Assembly: GCA_040954595.2 (NCBI GenBank)
Contig: CM082591.2
Coordinates: 857,882 to 921,881, forward strand
Origin: Balanoglossus misakiensis
Lineage: Eukaryota; Animalia; Hemichordata
Length of the DNA: 64,000 nucleotides
Reading direction: 5' to 3'
A program made the position numbers and the translations under genes. Each line of letters begins with the position of its first letter. Within the stretch, counting starts at the first letter, position 1. The notes beneath the pieces are model-generated. The model saw nothing but the letters and a program-made list of their open reading frames with translations. It made no database searches and was not told the DNA's origin. Positions 1-17,118 of the stretch are shown in pieces.

Positions 1-189
1 TGTATTGTACGAAGAATTTATTTCGTCAAGCGTGTGAAATTCAATCAATTAAAAGTGTCATTTCCTCGATGAGTAATTTTTGGAATTTGCCAGTTCTCTA
101 TAAAAAGCATTCCACGAAGCCATGTTATCACTGCAGAACTGAACTCACTGTCTTCTGAATGATGTTCAAAACCATGCGTCTGTCAACAG

Positions 190-788
190 CAGTCTTGTCT
201 GGCCGTATTGGATGTGCTTGCCCGGGAAGACGACAGATTCTGCGAAAAAGTATGCACCATCTGCCATGCGTGTCAAAACAATCTATACAAACGGTACCGG
301 TGGCTTACAAACAGTTCTTCAAAACAGACGACATACCACATTCCGGGAGTGGCCGGCAAGCGCAATGGCAAACTACTCGACCGAGAGAACTCCCAAACAG
401 AAAGACCAGTTCTTCAAAACAGTAGAAATGATCAAAGGTAAGTCAAAGAGACATCTAACTTTTGATGTTTCGAATTTCATGAGTCTGAGTAATTTCTTCT
501 TGGGTCGCACTGCATGTTACAATCGGTGTTATGCAATTAAACTTACCTTTAGTAGATTACTACTAAATCTTCAAAGGGGTTTAAGTTGCCTCTGCAGCGG
601 CCAAATTTTGACATGTGGCTTGTATTTACAAACGCTGTATCTCTTGAACAAATTATCACAAATACCGTGACACTGTCTTTAGATTGATAGGTTATTAAAC
701 TACATTATTCGTTATTTTCGCTTCAGATCGGAACTTGACTGAACCGGACAAGACTGACCATCGCCGTTGGACCAAAAATGGGATATGA
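190..788 (+). CDS. Last two exons of an unidentified gene entering from the left (partial)
   Basis: An open frame (..WMCLPGKTTDSAKKY..KTVEMIK) ends at donor AAAG|gtaagt (437/438). Acceptor ttcag| at 726/727 continues in phase as DRNLTEPDKTDHRRWTKNGI*, with TGA at 786-788. ATTAAA at ~935. Product not recognised and 5' boundary uncertain. Confidence 0.45.
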
Positions 789-3635
789 CCAATGTTACCT
801 CGAAGTGAAATCTTAAACCATCTGTTCACATCGAATGAAGATGACAGTCTCCATCTTGTCTAGTTCAAACTGTATTGTTACCATTTGTGTCACTTTGAAA
901 ATGTACGGACATCGAAATTCGATAATTCCTTGGAATTAAATGATTTATTTCTTTAAATGAGTGTATGTGTTGTCGTTTGAGAAGAGGTCATGGGCATATA
1001 GAAATCGGAGCTTGAATCCCCAATGTGTTTATCTGGGTTACAATCTGACTAGTGACATCTCTAATCTTCAACCCCTAAACTCTATTTCTGTTTGATCTAA
1101 AAAAGAAACAGAATGATTCGCATTATCGTCAAACAATGGCACAGTGCATGATGTTTCTTTTTTTATTATTAAAGGTAATGATAGAAAGCTTTGATTGAAG
1201 TCTGCCAGTTTGTCTATAAGTTCGCGGCCACACAAAGCATCGTTGACCTTGTTGTCGCCATCTTTGATTGTATCTTCACTGAATCCATGCATAAGAAGTA
1301 ACACCTTGTTTTCAAAAAGACTCCTCGCAAACTTTAACATAGGAAGAATTGAAAGGTTTGTGAGGACAATAATTTTATTCTGAAAATCTGTCCCCAAGGC
1401 CCCCAGCCCAACAGTTTGAATTATGTCGTATTACAAAGATCACACCTTCATAGTTGACAAAAAAAAAGATTTTTCATTTTCGTTATGATTGCACCTTCTA
1501 AGGATATCAATTATTGATTCTTCAATTAATTCTAAATTTCTGTTCATGACCTATATATGGGTATTACTATTGATATGAAAAGTGATAAATTTTGTCTGTG
1601 AACGGAACTGTCGGGGTCAGATATGTATAACATATGCCCCTGTTTGTGTCAGTCTCTTGAACTTTGTATAAAAGTTCTTTCCAACATACATGTTTTCACC
1701 TGGACTGGCTTCAGACTTCATTTGTGTTTTGTCTTCATATGGAACGTCTTTAGAAGGGTGAAATTCGTGTGATATTGTCAAAACGATTTTCTGTGCACTC
1801 TTGAATAATTAGCTCTAGTTTAGCGGGTGGATGGATAACAGTGTGACAGCATGAGAGTTAACGTCGTGTGACATTGAGAAAATTAGTTTCAATTGTACAC
1901 ACGAGTCTTATCTTCGCTTTTGTTGGCGGATAATGGTGTGGTAACGGCCAACACGTTATATTCTGGAAACGAAACCTATTCGAGAAATTAGTTTTTCTTA
2001 TGAAAGGAAAAAGCTGGAAGTATCAACACCTATCCAAAAAAAATAAATTAACCCAAAACTTTCATCAGTAGAAAACACCATTCAGAACAGAAACCCAACA
2101 CAAACAGCGAATTACCTTCACACCCCTCTCATACTGTTATGTCTTGTCGGGTGTTGGGTGCACAGTCGCGTGTGGGTTGTTTGTTTGTTTGTTTACACGG
2201 CGATCCCTTTTCCTGTGTAAACAAAAAGCCCGCACGCGACTGTGGACTGCGTTTTCCAGGTGTGTAATCGCCCGCATGGTGTGCGAAGTTTCTCACGCAC
2301 AACAGGTGTGTGACACTTTACGTTTCCAAGGTGTGGACTCGCGTCGCCCGCATGGTGTGCGAAATTTCTCATGCACCATAGGTGTTTGACAATACGTTCA
2401 TTAAAAATGTAAATAAGGAATGAACGATATCATACTGAACTTCCTTTCCATCAAAGTATATAAATGCATTATATGCCCAAACAAGGACAGTGGTTCATTT
2501 TCAGCAGAATTATTCCCGACAAGGTAAGGTTCCCTTTATTTTCTGTCTACATCTGGAGGGTTGTCTAGTTAGAGAGTATGGCGTCGTGAGAACAAATATC
2601 GCCAGACGCGGATGTGACAGAAATTGAAATATTTCTAAAAGTTGTAACATTGTGCTGTGAAGTAACGTTACTATCTTGTAACAGACCCAGATACTGCAAC
2701 ACCCTTGACGACCTAATGTATCTTTCTTTGTAGTTATTTTGGCGGCTTTTTGACAAAAAAGTTCATTTTTGGGGAAAAATAAGGTGAGATTTACATTTTC
2801 TTTATACACTTTGACATATGATTTAGTTGGTAAGCTTACTTGTACAGTGATAAAAATGCTGATGTGTTTGTAGACAGAAAAATTACGCATGTGCAGTTCC
2901 GACAACCCTCTCCCTTTAATTTCAGAAAAAATGGCTTTTGGCAGAAGTTGCTTTTCAACCACGATGGCCTTACTTACTGTAATGACTGTACTGCAGTGTC
3001 AAGGAACGATTTCATTATGGGTGGAGAAGGTATATATTTCTACATGAATCTGAAAAAGTTGTCTCGCATAAAAGCGAACAGTGGTATATTATTTGTCTAA
3101 ACGCAAAGCATCAAGTGTCTGCTCGTGGTCGACAAATTTCAATGCATTGAGAACCAAATACACGTCGTCTTCAAGTTCATTCACAGTCACGTGGGGTTTG
3201 TGCATTCTCACACTGATGCGGCCGTTTCTGAGATACAGACACGATCGCCGTAAACACAACTACCAGGCGACTGTGCCTTCATTGTCTGTTCATGAGGCGC
3301 ATGCTCCCTGATCAGTTCGAATTTTTTTTTCATCCTGTTTTACATGAAAGCCAGCATTAATAAAAATAAAGTTACACATGGGATCATAAACAGCTTTCTT
3401 TTCCTTCATCATAGAGACCTACGGAAGAATATAAATTATGGTGCTGTGATATTGAAGGTGAAACTCGCCACAGATGTAGGGGCAGAGAAGCTAGCACATT
3501 GGCTCCTGTTAACTATGTTCAAAATTTACAAAACTGGGATAACTGTTATATTGGAGATGTTCTTTATAACGATCCTTGGCCTCGGGTAAGATGTTGTATA
3601 TGCATACTGCTTGGGGAGGAAGCAGAAGAGAGATT

Positions 3636-3765
3636 CATGAAGTGAAGGAGAGAGAGAGGGTGATAATAGAGAGATGGTTGGAAAAAGAAAGGAGGAGGGA
3701 GGGATAAAACGAGAGGGGAGATAGGAAGGCAGTACGGGTAAGATACAGGAGAGTGGAGGAGAGTA
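3636..3765. repeat. Purine-rich (GA/GGA) low-complexity tract
   Basis: Run of gaaggagagagagaggg..ggaggagggaggg..gagaggggagatagg..ggagagtggaggagag. Confidence 0.7.
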
Positions 3766-4468
3766 CATTCTATCCAAATTTTCATCACTGATCTGTATTA
3801 TATTTTTTCTCTTTGTTTGTACAGATGTGTTGTTTCCTCGTAAATTCACAAAGACAGATACTTTACAGTTGCTGTTATAGAAGAACAAATAATCATCCAG
3901 ATATTACTGGATAAATCACCAACATGTGTCCTTGTATATGACATCACATGCCGATTGGTTATATTTCAAATTGATGTCAAAATGTTGTGTTGTTTTTTTA
4001 ATTGAAATATGGGACAATAAATACTTTATTGAATGATAGCTGGCTGATCATGTAATCAATTTCTTTCAGTTCTTTTCTATGTCAATGTGTGTTAGTTGTT
4101 ATGAAAAACAAAGAAGAACACATGGTCTTCACTTTCTAGTTTTCATAAACATCACTACTTTATTTTTCAATGTATGGTTTTCTGTAAAGGGATCGTAAAG
4201 AGTGTTCAGTACAGACAGATTCCTAGTATAGACAGTGTTCGCTTCAGCGCGTTTTACTGTATACATGCCACTCAAATGTTGGTTCATGTTGAAGGACTTT
4301 GAGTATTGCTCAGCTGTGGTTGTTCCATACACAGATCTTCATCATGCTCATCATTTTCTGATCTGAGAGGTTTATCTCCTGTTACATCTCCTTTGTCTTG
4401 CTTTGATTCTCGCTTTCTTTCACTGAGACCACTTTTGATCTTGCACACTTTTTCTTTCCTCGGTCGGA

Positions 4469-9237
<4,769 letters not shown>

Positions 9238-9752
9238 CTTGGATACCAGTTGCATCATGGGATAACTGGTAAACAACAATTTATTTAAATATGTCGTGCT
9301 TCCATGGTAACAGTGGTTAAAAAATTTGCATAGGTGACCTCACACTTTTTAGACTGGAGAAGAACCTTAGGGACTAACCATTCGATTTCCGGGGGGGGGG
9401 GGATTTGGATATGTCGATATTTTTTTCTAGTTGCCAACCCACTTCTTTTCTCAAGGCATTGTAAAATATATTTTTTCTCCAGTTTACCGTGGTTGGGAGC
9501 TCAAGAAGTAGCCAAGGGGCGTTTCAGATTGCTACTGTTGACAGCAACAAAGGAAAATAAAAGAACAAAACACAAACATATAGCCATGTCAAAAACTTTA
9601 TTTCAAATTCCATTATCACAATAATGTCACCAATTTTACACTCATGTTAAAACACATGACAATTTACAAAATGCTTAATAAATAATAGTATGATTCTAAA
9701 GTAAGCAGGGTTACTGAAGAAAAAGGGTTGCATTTTTCCACATGGATGTTTT

Positions 9753-11545
9753 TCACTTCTCTGTTAACTTAAGCAAATCTAATATGGCTGTTGCGATGAG
9801 TTGTGGGTAAGAATTCTGAATCCAGTGTGTTCCTCTTGTGAAGATAATTCCTCTTCTTCTTTTGTCACTGTGATCTGGTGAGAAGAACAGCGTAAAATAC
9901 ATGAGATAATCAGATATAAGAACCTCTAAGTTGTAGTGTGCCTTACAAAGACAGCTATAACTATAACGAAAACCACTTCACCTGTTAGACTTCCATTGAT
10001 ACACTCTCCATCTGCATCGACATGCAAAACATCCCTTGCTTGATCTATGTTCAGTAATTCCATTGTTTCCTGTGCAATCTCCACTTCGACTACTTTGTCT
10101 TCTTTGCAGCCAATCACCAAGACTGGAATGGAAGACTTGTGCAACTCCTTCAGATTTTCTGCAGTCTGTGTGCAAGTAGAAGTGCAAAGACTTGTCATAA
10201 TCAAATCACAGACAGCAGGGGCCATGTGTTGTTTGTCCTGTCTTACAGTGTCCTCCATAAAATTACCTGACAATGCAAAATCTCACAGGGTTTCGTTAAA
10301 GTCTTCCAGAATATTTCATGATTTACCTTCGGCCAATTGACCGCTGCCATTTCATGAATCAAACCAATCATGAACCTGGGGTCACTCACACGGAAGCCGC
10401 TTAGCTTTGCTGTAAGTTGTGGAATGATCTTCTGCACCAGTTTCCCTGTAACAGCATGGTCTATCAGCCAGGAGCTTACATGAAGAGAGCGACCACCCAG
10501 CCGTGCTGGCCTTCAAATAAATGAAAGAAAATGGGCGTTAGACAGAAATGTGATTAACATTGCTATGAACTTCAATAGTTTCCATGTGTTTTATATGTAG
10601 GAGCCGAGTGGTATCTTAGGAGAGACATTTTCAACTACACATTGTATTCACCTGGTCTTGAAGAGTCTTACCTGTGAGGGCGTACATTGCACGCTGATAG
10701 AAAAGCAACAGAATCCACAAAGTTGGTGTCTGCACAAAACTGGCCAGTTGTGGTGCCAGATGCACTGTGGGAAACCAAGACAGATATTCTGAGAAAAAAA
10801 AAGAGTTATAAAATTACTAATTGGGTGAGACTATTTGCAAGAATTATGATGATAATTCTTGCAAGAATCAGGCATATGAAAAAATACATTTTTCATGACT
10901 TACCTTTCTATGCCAATGGTTTCCAACAGATCCCTGAGAAAAAGTGATTTGTGTTCTGGAGTGAAGTTAAATGCATCACCATCAACAGCAGTGCAGTAAC
11001 CATACCCTTTGATATAAAAATGTAAGAAATAGATGCATGAAATGATTACATTTACAATTACAAAATACATGATCAGTTTCATATGGGATACCCCAGGAAT
11101 ATGTTAGTCATTGCAACAAACCTGGAAAGTTGGGAGCGATCAGTCTAACCCCTGCTGAAAGTAAATACGGTGATATTGCAGCGAAATCTTTGTGTGATGC
11201 AGGCGATCCATGAAGGCACACGACAACCGGTCCATTCTGATCACCGGCATCAGCATATGTAGCTTTGAACGTCCCACCACAGCTTTTGAAAGTCACTTCT
11301 GAAGTTGAGAGTTCTTGTTTGGCTGCCCTTGTGCACAGTTGCCGCCTCAGAGTGCAGAGAAGTCCTTCTCTACTACAACTCGGTAGGGGTGTAAGTGCGT
11401 GAAATAAATTAGGTCGAGAAAAACTGCAGCTTGTAACATAGGTATACTGGTGAAAATGTCGTAATCGGTCCGGTATGTGAAAAGTCCTGCTGCGAACAAA
11501 TGGATAATACATTCGTCCCATGGCCGATATAGACTTAATATACAT
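9753..11545 (-). CDS. Alpha/beta-hydrolase fold protein, paralog A (DUF1057-like); possible mitochondrial presequence
   Basis: Motifs VVCLHGSPASHKDF, LIAPNFPGYG, nucleophile elbow LVSHSASG, GCKEDKVVE and terminal RGTHWIQ. Exons 11545-11122, 11006-10904, 10788-10672, 10510-10327, 10165-9982, 9874-9753. N-terminus is Arg/Ser-rich and acid-poor. Confidence 0.85.
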
Positions 11546-12242
11546 TTTGTGTTGTCTTACGTGCGTTGATCAAAAACTTGGGTCAGATTCCACACCGGCT
11601 CCATGACCTTTGTCAATATTGCGTCGTCTGCTCCATCTTTTAGCAGACAGCAAAGTCAACATGTATCGAGCAATTTGATGAGAAACGACGGGTAACGAAG
11701 AAAATGGAAATTATTGTCACGTTCTGCACCTGAATGTCGATACGTCAAAGCTATAAGAAAGCGAGACGAGCTGTTGGTAATCTTTGAACGCGTAATTCCT
11801 GTCCCTTGTTGAGATTGTTTTGGTTGAACTGTTGTCGATGTCCCCAGTCTGCTGCATTGTGGGAAAGATACATTCGCAGAATGTGTGGTCGTCAAAATCT
11901 CTGCTTCCTAAACTCGTTTGTAAATCGCAATAGTATTTGTAGATAAGCCCACGTATCACCAAATAAAGGTACATTCTTAATTGAAAACTGAATACGTAGT
12001 GGTTGGTGTTGAACAGAGTATCGCTGACTAAAATTATGCTGTGCACGCAGTAATTCGTAGGCGTTGGATTCGAACATATACCTTGACCTTATCTGACCTT
12101 TACTCTTTGCTCGGTCTTCGTGATCTTGGACCCAATGAGATAAAGGCCGATTTAATGCACGAATAGTCTGAACTGAAGTTTTTCCTCAGTTCTTGTGATT
12201 GTCGAAGACGCCGCGAGTGTATTTTGTCAATCTGGGCTGGAC

Positions 12243-13983
12243 ATGGAATTCGAACTCGGATCGGAGAGAGATTTGAAGTACGTGGATGTTGAAGTTTTGG
12301 ATACATCCTTCTCAATCGCCTACTGTGATATCGGACCGAAGGATGGCCCAGTTGCCGTTCTGATCCATGGGTCACCGGCCACGTATAGAGCATTCAAGAA
12401 ATTGTTCCACCCTCTAACTGAGAATGGTGTTAGGATGATCCTGCCAAACTTTCCAGGTGACCATGTTGATAGTTTCACAACAATCATTGTATTACATAAT
12501 ATAGGGACTGTTATGAAACCATGGACAATGAACTTGTAACTTGGTTGTAGCTTCAATAATTGTAGCCTTGTTAAAATGTATGTGCTCTAACTTCTTGCTA
12601 CAGGAATGGGTTATACAGAAATTGATGAGAAAGGTATCTACAACTTTTCAACACACCAAAAAGCTGAAATTGTCAAAGCGTTCATCAGGACACTTGGAAT
12701 TGAAAGGTTTGTTTTATTGATGATTTTAGTTTCTAGCTTGGCTCAGTTGGGGTTTTTGCTTCTTGATTTGATTTTTGATAATTAAGAGTGCCAATGAACA
12801 TACATGGGATAATAAATAAATGACCATGGATTTAGGTTTGAGTGCACAATTTGATAGATTTGATTCAAAGTTCTGTGTTCATTCTTCAGAGTGGAGACAA
12901 TCATTGGATTTTCATTGGGAGGACATGTGGTATTGAGGGTGTGTGGAGACGAGACATTCCATTGTGTGAAATCTGCTACTTTACTCTCAAGTCCTGGTGG
13001 ACGAGCACACAGGTAGATACTAATGTGTAACACAGTGTAATGAAGGCTGAATATACATGTATGCACATGAAACTTTGTAACGAGATTGAGGTTACGCCAG
13101 TGTATAAAAGTATCACTATACAGGAATGAAAAAAGAAATGAGAATTGAAACACCAACCTTCTGGTTTCCCTGTTTGAAATCTTTATTTCAGATTGTGCCG
13201 ACCACTATTTCTGATGAGGTTGAGTGGATTTCTGCTCTACTGGTCTCTGCGAATTCCAGTGGTGGGATTCCTTGTGGCTTGGTTATTCCGACCAATTTAT
13301 TCACTCCTAGACCTCAGAGGGAAAACACTTAATTCCAACATTTACAGTGCTTATGAAGGCTATCAACTTGATTTTGAGCAAGTAAGTAATTAGCGATATA
13401 TGTTTACATCACCACTTGCCAAATATTACTTTTCCTGTACTTCTGTATTTTCTCATTATGTTATTCGTTATTTTCCTCCTTTTTAGGGCAGGAAAGATTT
13501 GCTCTCAGTGTCACAGAGAGGGTTACCAGTTCTCCTGTTCCATTCTGATGACGACCCTATCGTAGAGAAGGAAATTGGAAAAGAGAACATGGCTATATTC
13601 GGTGTTGCGACAGACAAGATGGTTGCTTATGACAGGAGTGGTGAGACCACTTGTACAAACATTTACAGAGGTAAGACAGGTTGAGAAAATGCTAGAAGGT
13701 TATGTGTCATCAGAATGTATATTCTATATGAGATTTTGATAAAGGGCCTGGTAATTTTTATATACTCTCATGTGAAAATCTGCAATGAATTCTACAGTAC
13801 ATATACAGTATAAGTCAGCTAATCTTGTGTTTATAATGTCTTATTTTATTTTCTTCAGATACTGACTTGCATCGAGTGGTGTGGTTTGAAAAAGGTGGAC
13901 ACAGATTACACATATCATGGACTGATATTGTTAGTCAGCACATATTGTCAATGATAGCTGCAGTCAGCAAAACCAAAGTGTGA
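12243..13983 (+). CDS. Alpha/beta-hydrolase fold protein, paralog B
   Basis: Motifs VLIHGSPATY, LPNFPGMG, GFSLG, HSDDDPIVE and FEKGGHRL. Exons 12243-12456, 12604-12706, 12890-13012, 13192-13381, 13487-13670, 13859-13983. Confidence 0.88.
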
Positions 13984-14484
13984 CAGAAACGCGTGAGATT
14001 GAAAACTTTGTGTTTCCCAAGTGATGTATGTGTCTTACTTGTGGTGTAAATACTATTTCAGATACACAACCTACCTCTGCAAGTGTGTAGTGTCCGCAGC
14101 ATCTACAGTTTGTAAATTTCTACTAAACATTACCTTTTAGCTGTAAGTGTTATACTCGTCTCCATAGAATAATAAAATTTAAGATACTTTTCTGATCTAC
14201 ACAACCAATATACCCATATGTATGTATGTATGCTTTTGGTTTTGCAAGATGCCACATGCACCGCATATGAACGTGTGAGGGCGCTGTCGACATGACCTTC
14301 TTTTGGCAGTAAAGGTCATTGGGTCAGTGTACTATCGTGACCTTCACGGAGTTGACCCAAATTCATTATATAACGTACATCGTATTTTAAGTACACCCAG
14401 CTACACATATTTCCAACGTGGCTCATCCAACGACTTCCAAAGTGTGGTTTTGTGATTGGATCTGGGTCTGGCGAGACATTTATT

Positions 14485-14912
14485 ATGGGCTTTCATGTAT
14501 TTCGTGTTCTAGTTCGGAAGTCTGTATCACCACCAGGGAAATTCCAGAACACCTTGACCCCCAGACTCTTGTGTACACGGAGGGCCAGACCACAGCTGAC
14601 AACTGCAGCCACAGTAGGAAGGCCAAATGGACCATGGAATAGACACCAGTATCTGCATGGATCGAGTGCACCTCAACGGGATTTCTCAGTTCAGAAATCT
14701 TACTGTCAACGTAATGATTGTGTCACACAAGCCAGCTTGCACTCAGATCTGGGTCGAGGTAATAGTCGACCTATTGTAAATAAGTATTCACAAAAGGTGG
14801 TGTTGGGCAAGGGTTGCATTTTCAGAAGAAAAAAATGTAGCTATAGGCCAAAACTTCACGTTGCTTGCAGTGTTGATGTACCTGTCGTCGTCATCGTCAT
14901 CATCATCATCGG

Positions 14913-15001
<89 letters not shown>

Positions 15002-16708
15002 GAGCGTTTAAGCATTCACTTGCAGATGTTTATTTGTTACGAATTTGAGTGTTACACTTTATTTCCAGGCAGAGAACTTGGTTCAGATGATGACTTGAAG
15101 TATTCAGATGTCAATGTTTTGGGTACCTCAATCTCTATGGCTTACTGTGACATTGGACCTAAGGATGGTCCGGTTGTAGTACTTATGCATGGGTCACCAT
15201 CCACGTATAGAGTCTTTAAGGATCTGTTTCAGCCACTTACTGCGAATGGGGTACGCATGATAATGCCAAACTTACCAGGTGAGGATTTCTGTGTGAGGTA
15301 CATGGTGTGTATATATTGTAGGGGAAGGGACAATTCTATGTCTGCTTGAATGCAGACGACGTTTTGAAGAATAAGTATGCTTTTGACATGGTCCTTTCAC
15401 TTTGTGTATTGTTTTTAAGTTTGGTTAAATTTGGTGTATGCTATGCAGGGAATAATTGACTATGTTGATGTAACAGGTATGGGATTAACAGATGTTGATC
15501 AGAAAGGCGTCTTTAACTTTTCTTCAAGTCATAAAGCTGAACTCATCAAGGAACTTATCCGAACCATCGGAATAAACAGGCAAGCATATTTTCATTGTAA
15601 CATAGCCATTAATTAACATTTACTTGTGTCTTTTTTCATAAAAGTATTTTCTCGTCGTTAGTTTCACCGTTCCATCTTACTTTTTCAGAGTGGAGACAAT
15701 TGTAGGATTTTCAATGGCGGCACATATGGTAATAAGAATTTGCGCTGATGAGAATTTTGACTGTATAAAGTCAATGACACTTCTATCCGGCATTGGTGGT
15801 AGAGTACACAAGTGAGTGATTTACTTAAGCTTGGCAGTTACATGCGAGAAATTGAATCGAAATGCATACTTTTCACGAATTTTTACACCTTGTACAGTTG
15901 TATATGAGTGAATAAAAAGTGAATGAAGGAGTGAATAAATGAAGGAGTGAACGAACGAATTCATCCTTGTTTATTTTCAGACTTGTGAGACCATTCCCTC
16001 TCATCAAAGTTGTTGGAAATGTCTTTTATTGGTCAAAGAAGATTCCCATTCTCGGTTCACTGATAACCAAGTTGTCTGTACACCTTTTTAACCGTCTCAA
16101 TCTCAGAGGCAAAACTCCAGAATCAAATATTTACAGTGCTTATGAGGCTTCTCAGCTTGATTTTCCACAAGTAAGTTGTCTTATCATTTTTGCCGAAATT
16201 CATCGGACCTGTTGAATCTACTTCAGTATTTGTGTGACCATGAAAGAAAGACATGTTCTCATTTTATGTTCTTTAAATTTCAGTGCAGTAGAGATTTATT
16301 ATCGATTTCTAAAAGAAACTTACCTGTACTGATGTTTCATTCGGATGATGATCCATTCATCGAGAGAGAAATCGTGCATGAGACGATGGATGTTCTGGGT
16401 ATTACACAGGATGACGTCATCAGTTTTGACAAAAATGGAGAATTTACATCGTGTACCAAGACATTCAAAGGTATAAAAGATATTGAATCATATTCATTCA
16501 GTCGTTCGTTCGTTCATTCCTTCGTTTGTTTGGTTGTTTGTTCGTTCACTCATTCATTCATTCATTTTGTTAATTTTTTGCAGACGTGGCCTTAAAACGA
16601 GTGGTGTGGTTTGAAGATGGTGGACATAGACTTCAGTCATTTTGGAAGGATATTATCAGTGGCCACATGGTCTCCATGGTTTCGGCTGTGAAAAAGAATA
16701 TTGTTTGA
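14485..16708 (+). CDS. Alpha/beta-hydrolase fold protein, paralog C, with an extra N-terminal presequence-like exon
   Basis: Motifs LMHGSPSTY, MPNLPGMG, GFSMA, HSDDDPFIE and FEDGGHRL. Exons 14485-14758, 15069-15278, 15477-15579 (GC donor), 15689-15811, 15981-16170, 16284-16470, 16584-16708. Confidence 0.85.
14885..15000. repeat. (CAT)n microsatellite in intron 1 of hydrolase C
   Basis: Long near-perfect ATC/CAT run, which produces spurious poly-I/S/D ORFs. Confidence 0.97.
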
Positions 16709-17118
16709 TAAGTGAGCTTATGAAGAACAATTTCAATTTAAAGTCTCAAGTAGTTTTTTTGAGCAAATCATTATTGCTTTCAGGACAGAGTTCTCAAGGT
16801 TTTGTATTGTAAACAGTTGATGTTATCTATTTATTTTAAAACGTATATTAAAGATACTTAAGTTCTAAGCCCAAGTCGATTTATTCACAAGCAATATGTG
16901 ATGTAGCCTACAGAAGAAAGAACAGACAACGTGAATCAGATTTATCGCAAAATGTGTTGATTCTTATTATAATGTAATGATGGGATTACGGATTGTTGAA
17001 GTTGACCTATGCCCTTTGAACTTTTCAGATCCAGCTGATAGCTTATAATTATGACATCGTGGGTGCGTCCTTGCTCTACATTTAGATTTAGCATTCGTGT
17101 GTAGCCCTGCGTACAAAA

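Noticed and set aside
14788-15349. ORFs with poly-D, poly-S or poly-I tracts (similarly poly-H/S/D at 48438-48845)
   Set aside because: These are translations of intronic (CAT)n microsatellites.
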